DNA of 64,000 nt from a bacterium (GTDB lineage Bacteria; Cyanobacteriota; Vampirovibrionia; Gastranaerophilales; UBA9971): contig JBAWVS010000002.1 in the NCBI GenBank assembly GCA_037147175.1, forward strand, positions 15,104-79,103, in the 5' to 3' direction. Shown in pieces: positions 1 through 8,511 of this stretch (position 1 is the stretch's first letter; every line of letters begins with the position of its first letter). The notes under the pieces are model-generated. The model was not told the origin of the DNA, searched no databases, and saw nothing but the letters and a program-made list of their open reading frames with translations. A program made the position numbers and the translations under genes.

Positions 1-6
1 TTTTCT

Positions 7-471
7 CTAAGAAGTTCTTTTTATTTTATGCCTTACAAATGAAGCAACTGCTTCGCTAACATTTGCCGGTTCTCTTTTTTCAACTTCCTGATGTTTTTGT
101 TTTTTGATTCTTAACTTCGAGGGTCGTTTTGACTTGATACGCCTGTTAAAAATAATTACACCCGCAATAACAATGATAAGAAGTACCACACCAAAAAGTG
201 TTTTTATCATCTTAAAAAACATCGGGATAAATCCGTGATTAGTCTTTACAGCCCCGCCCGATTCAATATTGGAAGTGCCAGACTCTGAGATTGAAGGAGG
301 CTGAGGTACTGCCTGTTGCTGTTGAACGTCCATAATCTGAGATTGCTGCTGAATTTTAGCAGGTTGCTGCACAACAGGTCCATTATCAGAACATCTTGCA
401 TAATTTATTTGTAAAACAAATGAAATAAAAGTGCACATAAATATAATTAGAAAATTTTTGATAAATTTCAT
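7..471 (-). CDS. hypothetical single-pass membrane protein
   Basis: 154-aa ORF. Hydrophobic N-terminus (FLIIFMCTFISFVLQ) resembling a signal peptide, a Gln/Pro-rich linker, one TM helix (LFGVVLLIIVIAGVIIF), then a Lys/Arg-rich tail. No family recognised. Confidence 0.4.
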   Translation of the reverse strand: MKFIKNFLIIFMCTFISFVLQINYARCSDNGPVVQQPAKIQQQSQIMDVQQQQAVPQPPSISESGTSNIESGGAVKTNHGFIPMFFKMIKTLFGVVLLIIVIAGVIIFNRRIKSKRPSKLRIKKQKHQEVEKREPANVSEAVASFVRHKIKRTS

Positions 472-497
472 TTTCTAAGCCCTCAGTATTTCTTTAT

Positions 498-2603
498 TTA
501 ACTTTCTGTATCTGTTGGTATATTTTTTGGACTCTTGGCGGGAGTTCTGCCTCTTTGTGCAGATTGTCTTCCGTCTGTCTTAATAGGTCGTCTGCCGCCT
601 CTTTTTTTAGCTATTTCTTCTTTAGGAACAGTTTTTTCCTCTACAACGGGAGTTTCTTGTATTTGCGGCTGTTCTTGTTGCTGAGGCGGTATATGTTGTT
701 GCACCTGCGGCTGAGGTTGTACTTGAGGTTGTGCCTGAGCCTGCGGCTGTTCTTGTTGCTGAGGTGATATTTGTTGTTGCACCTGCGGCTGAGGTTGTAC
801 TTGAGGTCTAATTTGCGGCTGCACTTGCGGTTGTAAATATTGCTGAGGACGAGGAACTACTCCTGTTTCCGCAGGTCTTTGCTGTGGTCGTAACGGAGGT
901 GCAGACTGAAATTCTCTTCTTTGATTCCCCCCTCTATAAGGTTGTTGCGGTTGTCTTGGTATAACCTTCTCAACTCCGGTCTTTTCTTCAGCAGGAACAC
1001 TCTCTGCTGTTTCCAACTCCTGCAATATTGTAAACACATCAGGTGTGAAATCTTTACCTAAATAGTTTCTGGCAATTGATGCAGGTACAGCATAATATCT
1101 TATAAGTTTTGAAACCTTAGGCATATATGCTGATTCAGCAAAATAGTCTTTTATTAATTCATTATTTATAGTGAATAATTTTTTTTCTTCAAGTTGAACC
1201 GGCTGTTTAATAGCAGATGCTGTCAAAGATGGACTTGTTTCTATTTTTTTAACGGGTGAAGGCATTATTCTTGTCTGAACAGTGCTTTGAACCTGCTTTT
1301 TTGCTTCATTAATTACTAAATTATTTTTATTTATAGGTTTTGTAAATTTCATTTTTGAAGTTTTGACAACGGTTTCACCCTCTTGAGGAGGAGCTGAGAA
1401 ATTAAAATCTTCAATAATAACGCCATTTCCATTGCAGTTAGCGCATTTTTTGGTAAATATTTCTGCAAGACTCTGCCCTTGTCTATGTCTTGTCAACTCA
1501 ACAAGTCCAAGATCGGAAAGTTGCCCTATTTGCGGTTTTGATTTATCTGTTTCAAGCGCAATTTCAAACTCTTCCAGAACAGCTAGCTGGTCAACTCTGT
1601 TTTCCATATCGATAAAATCAACAATAATCATACCGCCAATATTTCTGAGTTTTAGCTGTCTTGCTACTTCTGCAACAGCTTCCAGATTGGTTTTTCTGAT
1701 AGTTTCGTCCTGCGTTGCTGAACTTGTAAACTTGCCGCTGTTAACGTCAATAACAGCAAGAGCTTCTGTTGTCTGGATATAAAGATATCCGCCGCTTGGA
1801 AGATTAACCTTTGTTTGAAGAGCATTTCTGATTTCTCTATCAACGCCCTTAGCAACAAGTATAGAATCTGTGCCTTTATGTACGGAAACATTTAACTTGT
1901 GCGAAATATTCCAGCTTTGCAAAAGCTGTGTGGCTCTGTGATAGCCGAAAGAAGTATCAAGAATAATTTCATTGATATCATCTGTAACAGCTTCTCTTAT
2001 AACTCTATATAAAAGATCCTGATCCCTATGAAGCAAGCTTGGTGCTGTTACGGTATCAGACGCTGTTATTATGCTATTCCACTTTTCAAGCAAAAATTCC
2101 AGATCTTCCTGAATCTCAGCTTCTGATTGATTTTCTGCTTCTGTTCTTATGATTACACCTACACCGGCAGGTTTTAAAAGACTGACTATTGATTTTAGCC
2201 TTGCTCTTTCTTTTACGGAAGATATTTTTTTACTTACGTTAACTCCCTTTTCATCAGGCATAAGAACAAGAAATCTTCCGGGAAGACTAATTGCCATAGT
2301 CACTCTCGGACCTTTATGTCCTGTAGGTTCTTTAACTACCTGAACCATAATACTTTGTTTAGGCTTGATTCTTTCTTTCAAAGCACCTTTGCCAGTAACA
2401 TCAGAAGCATGAAGAAATCCCATTTTATCACTTCCAACATGCACAAAAGCCGCATCAATACTTGGCAAAATATTTTCAACTTTTGATAAATAAATATCAC
2501 CTAATAAAATATCACCACGATGGATAAAAAATTCTAATACTCTTCCATTTTCAGAAATTGCTGCAATATTATCGCGCTCTGAAATAATGATGGATTTACT
2601 CAT
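498..2603 (-). CDS. rne: ribonuclease E/G family endoribonuclease with low-complexity C-terminal extension
   Basis: Catalytic-core motif ALAVIDVNSGKF...NIGGMIIVDFIDM matches the RNase E/G core as I recall it from E. coli (AIDINSARAT...GGLIVIDFIDM). S1-like N-terminus. The last ~200 aa are PQ-rich repeats plus a basic RGGRRP tail. Confidence 0.9.
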   Translation of the reverse strand: MSKSIIISERDNIAAISENGRVLEFFIHRGDILLGDIYLSKVENILPSIDAAFVHVGSDKMGFLHASDVTGKGALKERIKPKQSIMVQVVKEPTGHKGPRVTMAISLPGRFLVLMPDEKGVNVSKKISSVKERARLKSIVSLLKPAGVGVIIRTEAENQSEAEIQEDLEFLLEKWNSIITASDTVTAPSLLHRDQDLLYRVIREAVTDDINEIILDTSFGYHRATQLLQSWNISHKLNVSVHKGTDSILVAKGVDREIRNALQTKVNLPSGGYLYIQTTEALAVIDVNSGKFTSSATQDETIRKTNLEAVAEVARQLKLRNIGGMIIVDFIDMENRVDQLAVLEEFEIALETDKSKPQIGQLSDLGLVELTRHRQGQSLAEIFTKKCANCNGNGVIIEDFNFSAPPQEGETVVKTSKMKFTKPINKNNLVINEAKKQVQSTVQTRIMPSPVKKIETSPSLTASAIKQPVQLEEKKLFTINNELIKDYFAESAYMPKVSKLIRYYAVPASIARNYLGKDFTPDVFTILQELETAESVPAEEKTGVEKVIPRQPQQPYRGGNQRREFQSAPPLRPQQRPAETGVVPRPQQYLQPQVQPQIRPQVQPQPQVQQQISPQQQEQPQAQAQPQVQPQPQVQQHIPPQQQEQPQIQETPVVEEKTVPKEEIAKKRGGRRPIKTDGRQSAQRGRTPAKSPKNIPTDTES
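664..807. repeat. 78-bp in-frame tandem duplication inside the rne C-terminal region
   Basis: tgcggctgttcttgttgctgagg...gttgttgcacctgcggctgaggttgtacttgaggt occurs at 664-729 and again at 742-807 with a few mismatches. Period 78 bp = 26 codons (PQVQPQPQVQQxIxPQQQEQPQ). Confidence 0.85.
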
Positions 2604-2871
2604 AATTAATTAATTTCCTCATCAACAAAACTTATAAAACTTTTAATACTATTCATAAACTTTAAAAAACCTTTTTTAACTTTTTATTTTCATCTTCATA
2701 CTGCGCTGCCGTTATGAAGATTTGTCCCTTTTGGGGTTATCGCTGTAATTTTAATTATATAAATTCTCGCATACTGCATGGTTGCTGAGAATAACAGCTA
2801 CACTTTTATTAAAAATCAATATTTTAAAAAAATCTTAAATATAAAATAAATTCACTCCATTTAAATCAGAT

Positions 2872-5562
2872 TTATAACAATTCATTAAATTCAAAATCCA
2901 AAAGCTTTTCTCTAACTATATCCCATTCTATTTCAGGAATTAAAATATTAAGAAAATGATCAGCCCTTAAAGTGCTGTTAGATACCTCTATTTTACAGTC
3001 AGAAAGACTATTTTCAAGACTAATAACCTTAACGGGTTCTCTATCCTGCCCTGCTTTTAAGATAAAATCTAATTCATATCGACCATTTGATTCACATATA
3101 TTTAGCGAATGAATTGCTGGTCTTATATCAACTTTTTTTAAGCAATTTTTTTTAGAAATCTTTTCTATTACTATATTGTCTTGTAATAAACAGTTTTTGA
3201 CAATACTCTTTAAGTCGATTTTTTCAATTTTTTCCTGCTCCACAGGGAAAGCCTTGTATTTTGCCCAGTATACAGCTTTTTCAATTGATATTTTATCTTT
3301 AGAAATATTAACAATTTCCAGAATTTTTGAATTTTCAGGCAAAAAGGTATTTAATCTTTCTTTTATTTTTTCCGGAGAAATATTTTCCTGAAGTTCGATA
3401 TCTGCGCATTCAGCAATCCCTTCTACAAAAATCGGCAATGCAACCGCCAAAGAGATTTTAGGACTAGGATTAAACCCCTGCGTAAAATTAATTTTCAAAC
3501 CTGCTTTGCGAATTGCGGCATAAAGCAATTTTTGCCAATCAAGATGAGAAATATATTTTAATTCGTTTGTTTTTTGAATTTTTATTCTGTATCTATGAAT
3601 ATCATCGTCATTGCGGGAAAGCGCAATGCACTGACCCGACAACCTGTCCCCCTGCGAATTATTTTTCCGAGGAAGATCTGCAATTGGTTGTACTTGTTCA
3701 GGCTCACAAGAGTCCAGCTTATGACCTCTCAAAGAAGGTTCTGTCTGCAAATTCTGACAAACTCCGCAGCTTGAGCAAACTTCATCGCAAGGATCGGAAT
3801 TTTTAAAATCAAGCGCATTTTTGTATTCAGCAATCAACCAGCTTTTATCAACCCCGACATTAAAAATATCCCATGATAATTCTTCGTTTACATCAAATTC
3901 TTTAGCAGAATAATCACTCAAATTTATTGAAAGCGATTCCGCTGTTTTAAGCCATATATCTTTGTTAAAATGCTCATTCCACGCATCGAGATAAGAACCG
4001 TTTTTATAAACTTCTTCTATAAGTCCGTTTAACTCCCTGCCCCCCCTTGAAAAAACCGCTTCAAGCTGGCATAAAAAACTGTCATGAAAATTAAGTTTCA
4101 AATCTCTTATTGGTCGTGCTTTTTGGCGAAGATATCTTATTTTATCTTCAATTACCTCTAATTTGTCCTGAGCTGCCCACTGAAAAGGGGTAAAAGGCTT
4201 TGGAACAAAAATAGATACAGTGCATGTAATGCTCAAAAATGTCCTTAGTTTTAATTCATTTTTAATTTTTGAAGCACTCGCCTTTATTTTTTGCAAAAGA
4301 TTTATAATTTCGTCTAAATCTTCATAAGTTTCTGTCGGAAGCCCTATCATAAAATACAGTTTAATCTTACTCCAGCCTGTTTTATAGACAGAAAGTACCG
4401 CTTCAATAATTTGCTCTTCGTTTAAATTTTTGTTTATAACATCTCTTAATCTCTGGCTTCCTGCTTCCGGTGCGATAGTTATTGTGCTTTTTCTCACCGA
4501 ATTAACCAGTTCTGCCAATTTTAAACTAAATTTGTCCGCTCTCTGGCTGGGAAGAGAAATTGAAACCCCTGAACAGGCATGTTTTTCATTAAGAATGCCT
4601 ACAAGTTTTTCTATATTAATATAATCGTTAGAAGATAAAGCCAGAAGCGAATATTCATCATAGCCGGTATTTTTCAAAACGCTGTCAACGATTTCCACAA
4701 CATGCTCGGGAGATCTTTCTCTCACCGGTAAATTTACAAAACATGCCTGACAAAAACGGCACATTCTTCCACATCCGCGTCTTAATTCAATTACTGCCCT
4801 ATCATGCACTGCTGTGCTATAAGGAATAGGAAATTTTACAGGATAATCCCTATTATCAATATTATCTATCCTTTTTGTTATGACAGCAGAAAATTCTTCA
4901 CTTACAGGAATTAATTTTGTCCCGTTTTCATTTTTATAAAATCGGGGAACATAAACTCCTTCAAGCTTAGCAAGATTCTTTAAAGTTTCTTCTCTTGATA
5001 ATTTATTGGATTTTGCATTCTGTATTTCTTCCAAAAGCTTAATAATTATAGTTTCGCCATCGCCTATAAGAAAAACATCTATAAATTCGGAAATTGGCTC
5101 AGGATTATAACTTCCCGGGCCACCCGCCACTACTATTGGGTTAAATTCATTCCTGTCCGCTGATTTTATGGGAATATTCGCCATCTCCAACATAGACAGA
5201 ATGGTTGGATAGCTCAACTCATACTGAAGAGAAAAAGCTATCATATCAAAATCATTAAGAGGTCTAAAGCTTTCTAGTCCATAAAGAGGAATATGATTTT
5301 GCTGTAATTCTTTCTTAAAATCAACTTCCGGCGCATAAACTCTGTCGGCCAAAAAGTTTCTTTTGTCATAACAATTAACTTTATCGTATAAAATTCTTAA
5401 ACCTAAATTAGAAATACCTATTTCGTACAAATCAGGAAAAGCAAAAGCCACCCTAGCTTCTGCGGAAGCCCAGTCTTTATTGAAACTCCCGATTTCTTTA
5501 CCTATATATCTCGAAGGTTTATTTACTTTTTTTAAAATTCTTTGAATCTTTTCTCTCATCAT
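2872..5562 (-). CDS. radical SAM protein (B12-binding-like N-domain, C-terminal DUF2344-like module)
   Basis: CX3CX2C motif in RGCGRMCRFCQA. At 896 aa its size and layout fit the fused TIGR03960/TIGR03936-type radical SAM proteins that often sit next to rne/rng (from memory). Confidence 0.75.
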   Translation of the reverse strand: MMREKIQRILKKVNKPSRYIGKEIGSFNKDWASAEARVAFAFPDLYEIGISNLGLRILYDKVNCYDKRNFLADRVYAPEVDFKKELQQNHIPLYGLESFRPLNDFDMIAFSLQYELSYPTILSMLEMANIPIKSADRNEFNPIVVAGGPGSYNPEPISEFIDVFLIGDGETIIIKLLEEIQNAKSNKLSREETLKNLAKLEGVYVPRFYKNENGTKLIPVSEEFSAVITKRIDNIDNRDYPVKFPIPYSTAVHDRAVIELRRGCGRMCRFCQACFVNLPVRERSPEHVVEIVDSVLKNTGYDEYSLLALSSNDYINIEKLVGILNEKHACSGVSISLPSQRADKFSLKLAELVNSVRKSTITIAPEAGSQRLRDVINKNLNEEQIIEAVLSVYKTGWSKIKLYFMIGLPTETYEDLDEIINLLQKIKASASKIKNELKLRTFLSITCTVSIFVPKPFTPFQWAAQDKLEVIEDKIRYLRQKARPIRDLKLNFHDSFLCQLEAVFSRGGRELNGLIEEVYKNGSYLDAWNEHFNKDIWLKTAESLSINLSDYSAKEFDVNEELSWDIFNVGVDKSWLIAEYKNALDFKNSDPCDEVCSSCGVCQNLQTEPSLRGHKLDSCEPEQVQPIADLPRKNNSQGDRLSGQCIALSRNDDDIHRYRIKIQKTNELKYISHLDWQKLLYAAIRKAGLKINFTQGFNPSPKISLAVALPIFVEGIAECADIELQENISPEKIKERLNTFLPENSKILEIVNISKDKISIEKAVYWAKYKAFPVEQEKIEKIDLKSIVKNCLLQDNIVIEKISKKNCLKKVDIRPAIHSLNICESNGRYELDFILKAGQDREPVKVISLENSLSDCKIEVSNSTLRADHFLNILIPEIEWDIVREKLLDFEFNELL

Positions 5563-5591
5563 CCTTAAATGATAGCATAAATAAAACGCCT

Positions 5592-5631
5592 AAAAGAAAA
5601 GAGAGTCATTTGAATGACCCTCTTTTCTTTT
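5592..5631 (-). terminator. hairpin terminator downstream of the RHH gene
   Basis: aaaagaaaagagagtcat / ttga / atgaccctcttttctttt: 18-bp arms with one mismatch and A/T-rich ends. Confidence 0.55.
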
Positions 5632-5652
5632 AAAATCATTTAATTTAATTGA

Positions 5653-5838
5653 TTACAGTAGTGTTTCAAGTAATGCAGCATGTCTTGTTGCTGTAGCAGC
5701 AGTTCTGATTCTTCTTTTGTTTACATAAGTTCTGAGAGCTTCTCTAATGAGTTCGCTTCTTGAGCGTTGTTCATCATCAGCAACGTTGTCGATTGTGTTT
5801 AAAAATTCGTCCGGCATTGAAATAAGCACTCTTGCCAT
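5653..5838 (-). CDS. ribbon-helix-helix (CopG/Arc/MetJ-type) DNA-binding protein
   Basis: 61 aa. MARVLISMPDEFLNTIDNVADDEQRSRSELIREALRTYV fits the RHH pattern (beta strand, then RSRSELIREAL helix). Strong SD GGGAGGA upstream. Confidence 0.7.
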   Translation of the reverse strand: MARVLISMPDEFLNTIDNVADDEQRSRSELIREALRTYVNKRRIRTAATATRHAALLETLL

Positions 5839-6030
5839 AATTAATCTCCTCCCAATAAATTTTACCTTGTTATACCACCAATTAATTTTTATTTACTCCT
5901 CTTAATATATAAAAAACATTTGATTTGAGAAAATTTCAATAATTCGAGCTTTTTGTTACATAAATTAATATAAGTAGTATATAAAAAATAAATTCTATTG
6001 TTTGATTTGCGATATATTCGCAATAAAAAA

Positions 6031-6293
6031 GCCGTGCCCTACGCTTTGACAAGACTGTTAAAGTAGTACAACATTATTGTCCTCCATCCGGCAAACTGAC
6101 TACACCCGAAAGTTACAACTTATGGCTGCTGCGTTCCCGCCCTGACCAGGTTCATCGGCTTCCGCCGTGTCAGACCAAACTTCATCGAACAAAAATATTG
6201 TCGATCTTTACCAATCGAGCCTCATGGTAGGTTGTCCACCCCGCTAAAGCGATTGCGGGCTAAGGGCATCGCTAGTTCCCCGTGTAGCACGAC
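6031..6293 (-). ncRNA. ffs: signal recognition particle RNA, long (Alu-domain-containing) form
   Basis: The minus strand reads ...GAACCTGGTCAGGGCGGGAACGCAGCAGCCATAAG..., matching the SRP domain IV core (E. coli GGUCAGGUCCGGAAGGAAGCAGCC) with a GGAA tetraloop. The 5' end gtcgtgctacacg pairs with the 3' end cgtagggcacggc. A U6 run follows the 3' end. About 263 nt, and G+C is well above the surrounding DNA. Confidence 0.85.
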
Positions 6294-6297
6294 TGTA

Positions 6298-6327
6298 AAT
6301 ATATTAACATAAACCACAAAATTTCAA
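6298..6327 (-). promoter_or_regulatory. sigma-70-type promoter of the SRP RNA
   Basis: Minus strand: TTGAAA (6322-6327), 18-nt spacer, TATATT (6298-6303). The predicted start falls at about 6291-6293, where the terminal helix begins. Confidence 0.5.
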
Positions 6328-6421
6328 CCTCATGAACAAGTCTATTTAAACCCTCGGATTGATTTATTTTCTCTAAACAAAACATAAAATGAATTTAGGC
6401 TAGATTTGTTAGGGGGTGTTT

Positions 6422-7213
6422 ATGGAAATCGTCACAGACGATTTAATGTCACAAAAAATCAGGATTTTTGTCAATATAGTAAATAACAAAATTAATACTC
6501 CTGAAGAACTTATATACAAGCATCTCATCAATGCTGATGCGCTGAGAATGAAAAATTATTTCTGGGAATCTATAGATGAATACCTGCTGGTAATCAAGCA
6601 CGATAAAACCTGCCTTGACGCACACAAAGGGCTGGGTTTTTCTTATAAACAAACAGGATATACACGTGATGCGGTAAATGCATTTAACGAAGCTAAAAAG
6701 CTGAGCCCCTTCGACAAAATTTTGTATTATGAGGCAGGATGCTGTTATTGCATGGATAAAAAATACGATAAAGCCATAAAAGAATACAAAAAAGCTATAA
6801 AAATTTGTCCCGAATATGGAGAAGCAAAGCTAAATCTTGCGCTTGCTTACGAGCTGAACAATCAATTTGATATGGCAATTAAAAATTATCTTAAAATTAT
6901 CAAAGCTACTCCGGAAAGTGTTTCGGCACATAATGCGCTTGGCAGTTTGTATATAAAATTAGAAATGTACTCTAAAGCAATAAAAACATTCAGACATATT
7001 TTAAAAATAAACAAAGAATATTCCAGAGCTTATCTGGGAATTGCAATAGCTTTCGATAAAATGAACTGCAATAATGATTCTATGAGATATTACAAAAAAT
7101 ATATAAAACTTAAGCCAAACTGCGGAAATTTACCTTTTATTCTGGACAGACTAAAAGAATTAAGAAATGAAATAATTCCCAAGAAAAAATCACATCTAAA
7201 ACTCGTATCATAG
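6422..7213 (+). CDS. tetratricopeptide repeat (TPR) protein
   Basis: Repeated 34-aa TPR-like units (AHKGLGFSYKQTGYTRDAVNAFNEAKKLSP; AKLNLALAYELNNQFDMAIKNYLKIIKATP, and others). ATG 6422 is preferred over GTG 6416 because SD AGGGGG lies 5-6 nt upstream. Confidence 0.75.
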   Translation: MEIVTDDLMSQKIRIFVNIVNNKINTPEELIYKHLINADALRMKNYFWESIDEYLLVIKHDKTCLDAHKGLGFSYKQTGYTRDAVNAFNEAKKLSPFDKILYYEAGCCYCMDKKYDKAIKEYKKAIKICPEYGEAKLNLALAYELNNQFDMAIKNYLKIIKATPESVSAHNALGSLYIKLEMYSKAIKTFRHILKINKEYSRAYLGIAIAFDKMNCNNDSMRYYKKYIKLKPNCGNLPFILDRLKELRNEIIPKKKSHLKLVS

Positions 7214-7225
7214 TAAAACATTTTT

Positions 7226-7756
7226 TTACGATAATTTCTCTTTTTCGCTTAATGCAGCTAAATTTGTTAAATTTTCTGCCACTTGCGCAAAATTGGCAAT
7301 ACTTTCAACTTCATGTAAATCAAGAAAATTATCAGGATCAAGAAGTATTATTAATCTGTTTTGAAATTTTCCGATTCCGAGAATAAAATCCCGGGATTCG
7401 TCTGAATTAACGGGTGAATCCTGAATATCTTTTGTTTGGAGATGTATAACTTCAGAAACTGAATCTACAGTGAGCCCTACTGTGTTTTTTTCAAGTTCAA
7501 GTACCATAATTCTGGTTTCCTGAGTTTCTTTTGTGAGTTCAAGACCAAAACGTTTTCTTCCGTCAATAACAGGAATTATACTTCCTCTAAGATTAATGAC
7601 TCCTTCAACGAATTCAGGAGATCTTGGTATTTTAGTTTTTTCCTGCGGCATTATAATTTCTTGAACACTGGTAATAGATACCGCATATTCTTCTTTTCCC
7701 AGTCTAAAAGCGATAGCCTGCAACTCTTCTTGTTCTAAAATATTTTTACCGGACAT
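7226..7756 (-). CDS. cheW: chemotaxis coupling protein CheW
   Basis: EYAVSITSVQEIIMPQEKTKIPRSPEFVEGVINLRGSIIPVIDGRKRFGL is a typical CheW-domain signature. 176 aa. Confidence 0.85.
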   Translation of the reverse strand: MSGKNILEQEELQAIAFRLGKEEYAVSITSVQEIIMPQEKTKIPRSPEFVEGVINLRGSIIPVIDGRKRFGLELTKETQETRIMVLELEKNTVGLTVDSVSEVIHLQTKDIQDSPVNSDESRDFILGIGKFQNRLIILLDPDNFLDLHEVESIANFAQVAENLTNLAALSEKEKLS

Positions 7757-7810
7757 AAAGAATCTCCTTAATATTTAATCACTTTTTAATAGAATAAATT
7801 TTTTAATAGA

Positions 7811-7836
7811 AAAAGGCAAATTGTAATTGCCTTTTT
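7811..7836 (-). terminator. hairpin terminator after hpf
   Basis: aaaaggcaa (7811-7819) / 7-nt loop / ttgcctttt (7827-7835), flanked by A/T runs. Confidence 0.55.
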
Positions 7837-7865
7837 CTGTATGATTAATAATCAAATTATAAATT

Positions 7866-8276
7866 TTAAGAATTCAAGTCAATTACAACTGAAGTTTCTC
7901 CTTCAAAGACTTCTTCCTCTTCTTCTTCGAGAACTTCTTCCGGCTGAGCTTCGGTTCTGATTGATTTTCCTGCTTTATTTCCGATAAGTCTTTCTTTAAT
8001 TTCTTTAACTTTTCTATCAAACCTGTCAGCTAAAAGATCAATAGCAGCATACATTGATTCTGCATCTTCCGTTATTTTTATTACAGAACCGTTTAAAAAG
8101 CATGTAACTTCTGCTGTATGACTTTTTTTAACACTTTTATTTTTGGTTACGCTGAGCGTTACTTTTATGTTTATTATCTGGGAATTGTGTTTTACTATTC
8201 TACCGATTTTTTCTTCAACATAATCTCTGATTGCCTTGGTAATTTCAATATTACGCCCGTTAAGGGTAAGACGCAT
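7866..8276 (-). CDS. hpf: ribosome hibernation promoting factor / RaiA family
   Basis: MRLTLNGRNIEITKAIRDYVEEKIGRI...HTAEVTCFLNGSVIKITEDAESMYAAIDLLADRFDRKV matches the sigma-54 modulation protein / S30EA fold pattern. Acidic C-terminal tail. Confidence 0.85.
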   Translation of the reverse strand: MRLTLNGRNIEITKAIRDYVEEKIGRIVKHNSQIINIKVTLSVTKNKSVKKSHTAEVTCFLNGSVIKITEDAESMYAAIDLLADRFDRKVKEIKERLIGNKAGKSIRTEAQPEEVLEEEEEEVFEGETSVVIDLNS

Positions 8277-8454
8277 AAGCGTTCCTCCTAATTCTCTATA
8301 AATATTTCAACTTTTTGATTATAAACCATTTTTTTTTCAGTTTAAAGCTATTTTAATTTTTATTTAACAGTTTAAATTAATAATTTTATCCGTGCATAAC
8401 TTGAACATTATCAAAATTAGCTGTTTTTCTTACAGATAAAGTGTTTTTATTTTT

Positions 8455-8498
8455 AAAAAAGAGAAACCTTCGCAATTTGCGAAGGCTTCTCTTTTTTT
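8455..8498 (-). terminator. bidirectional-type rho-independent terminator after ppdK
   Basis: A6 run, then a 14-bp stem gagaaaccttcgca / att / tgcgaaggcttctc (one mismatch), then a T7 run. Confidence 0.75.
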
Positions 8499-8511
8499 AT
8501 TCAGATATTAA

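Noticed and set aside
4040-4046. A C7/G7 homopolymer inside the radical SAM gene, considered as a second phase-variation site.
   Set aside because: The tract is short, it encodes a conserved-looking RGGRE segment in a large housekeeping-type gene, and it is much less extreme than the G10 tract.
6031-6293. The GC-rich non-coding block could have been tmRNA or RNase P RNA.
   Set aside because: It has no tRNA-like 3' end, no tag ORF and no GAGGAAAGUCC-type RNase P motif. The SRP domain IV sequence and GGAA tetraloop are present instead.
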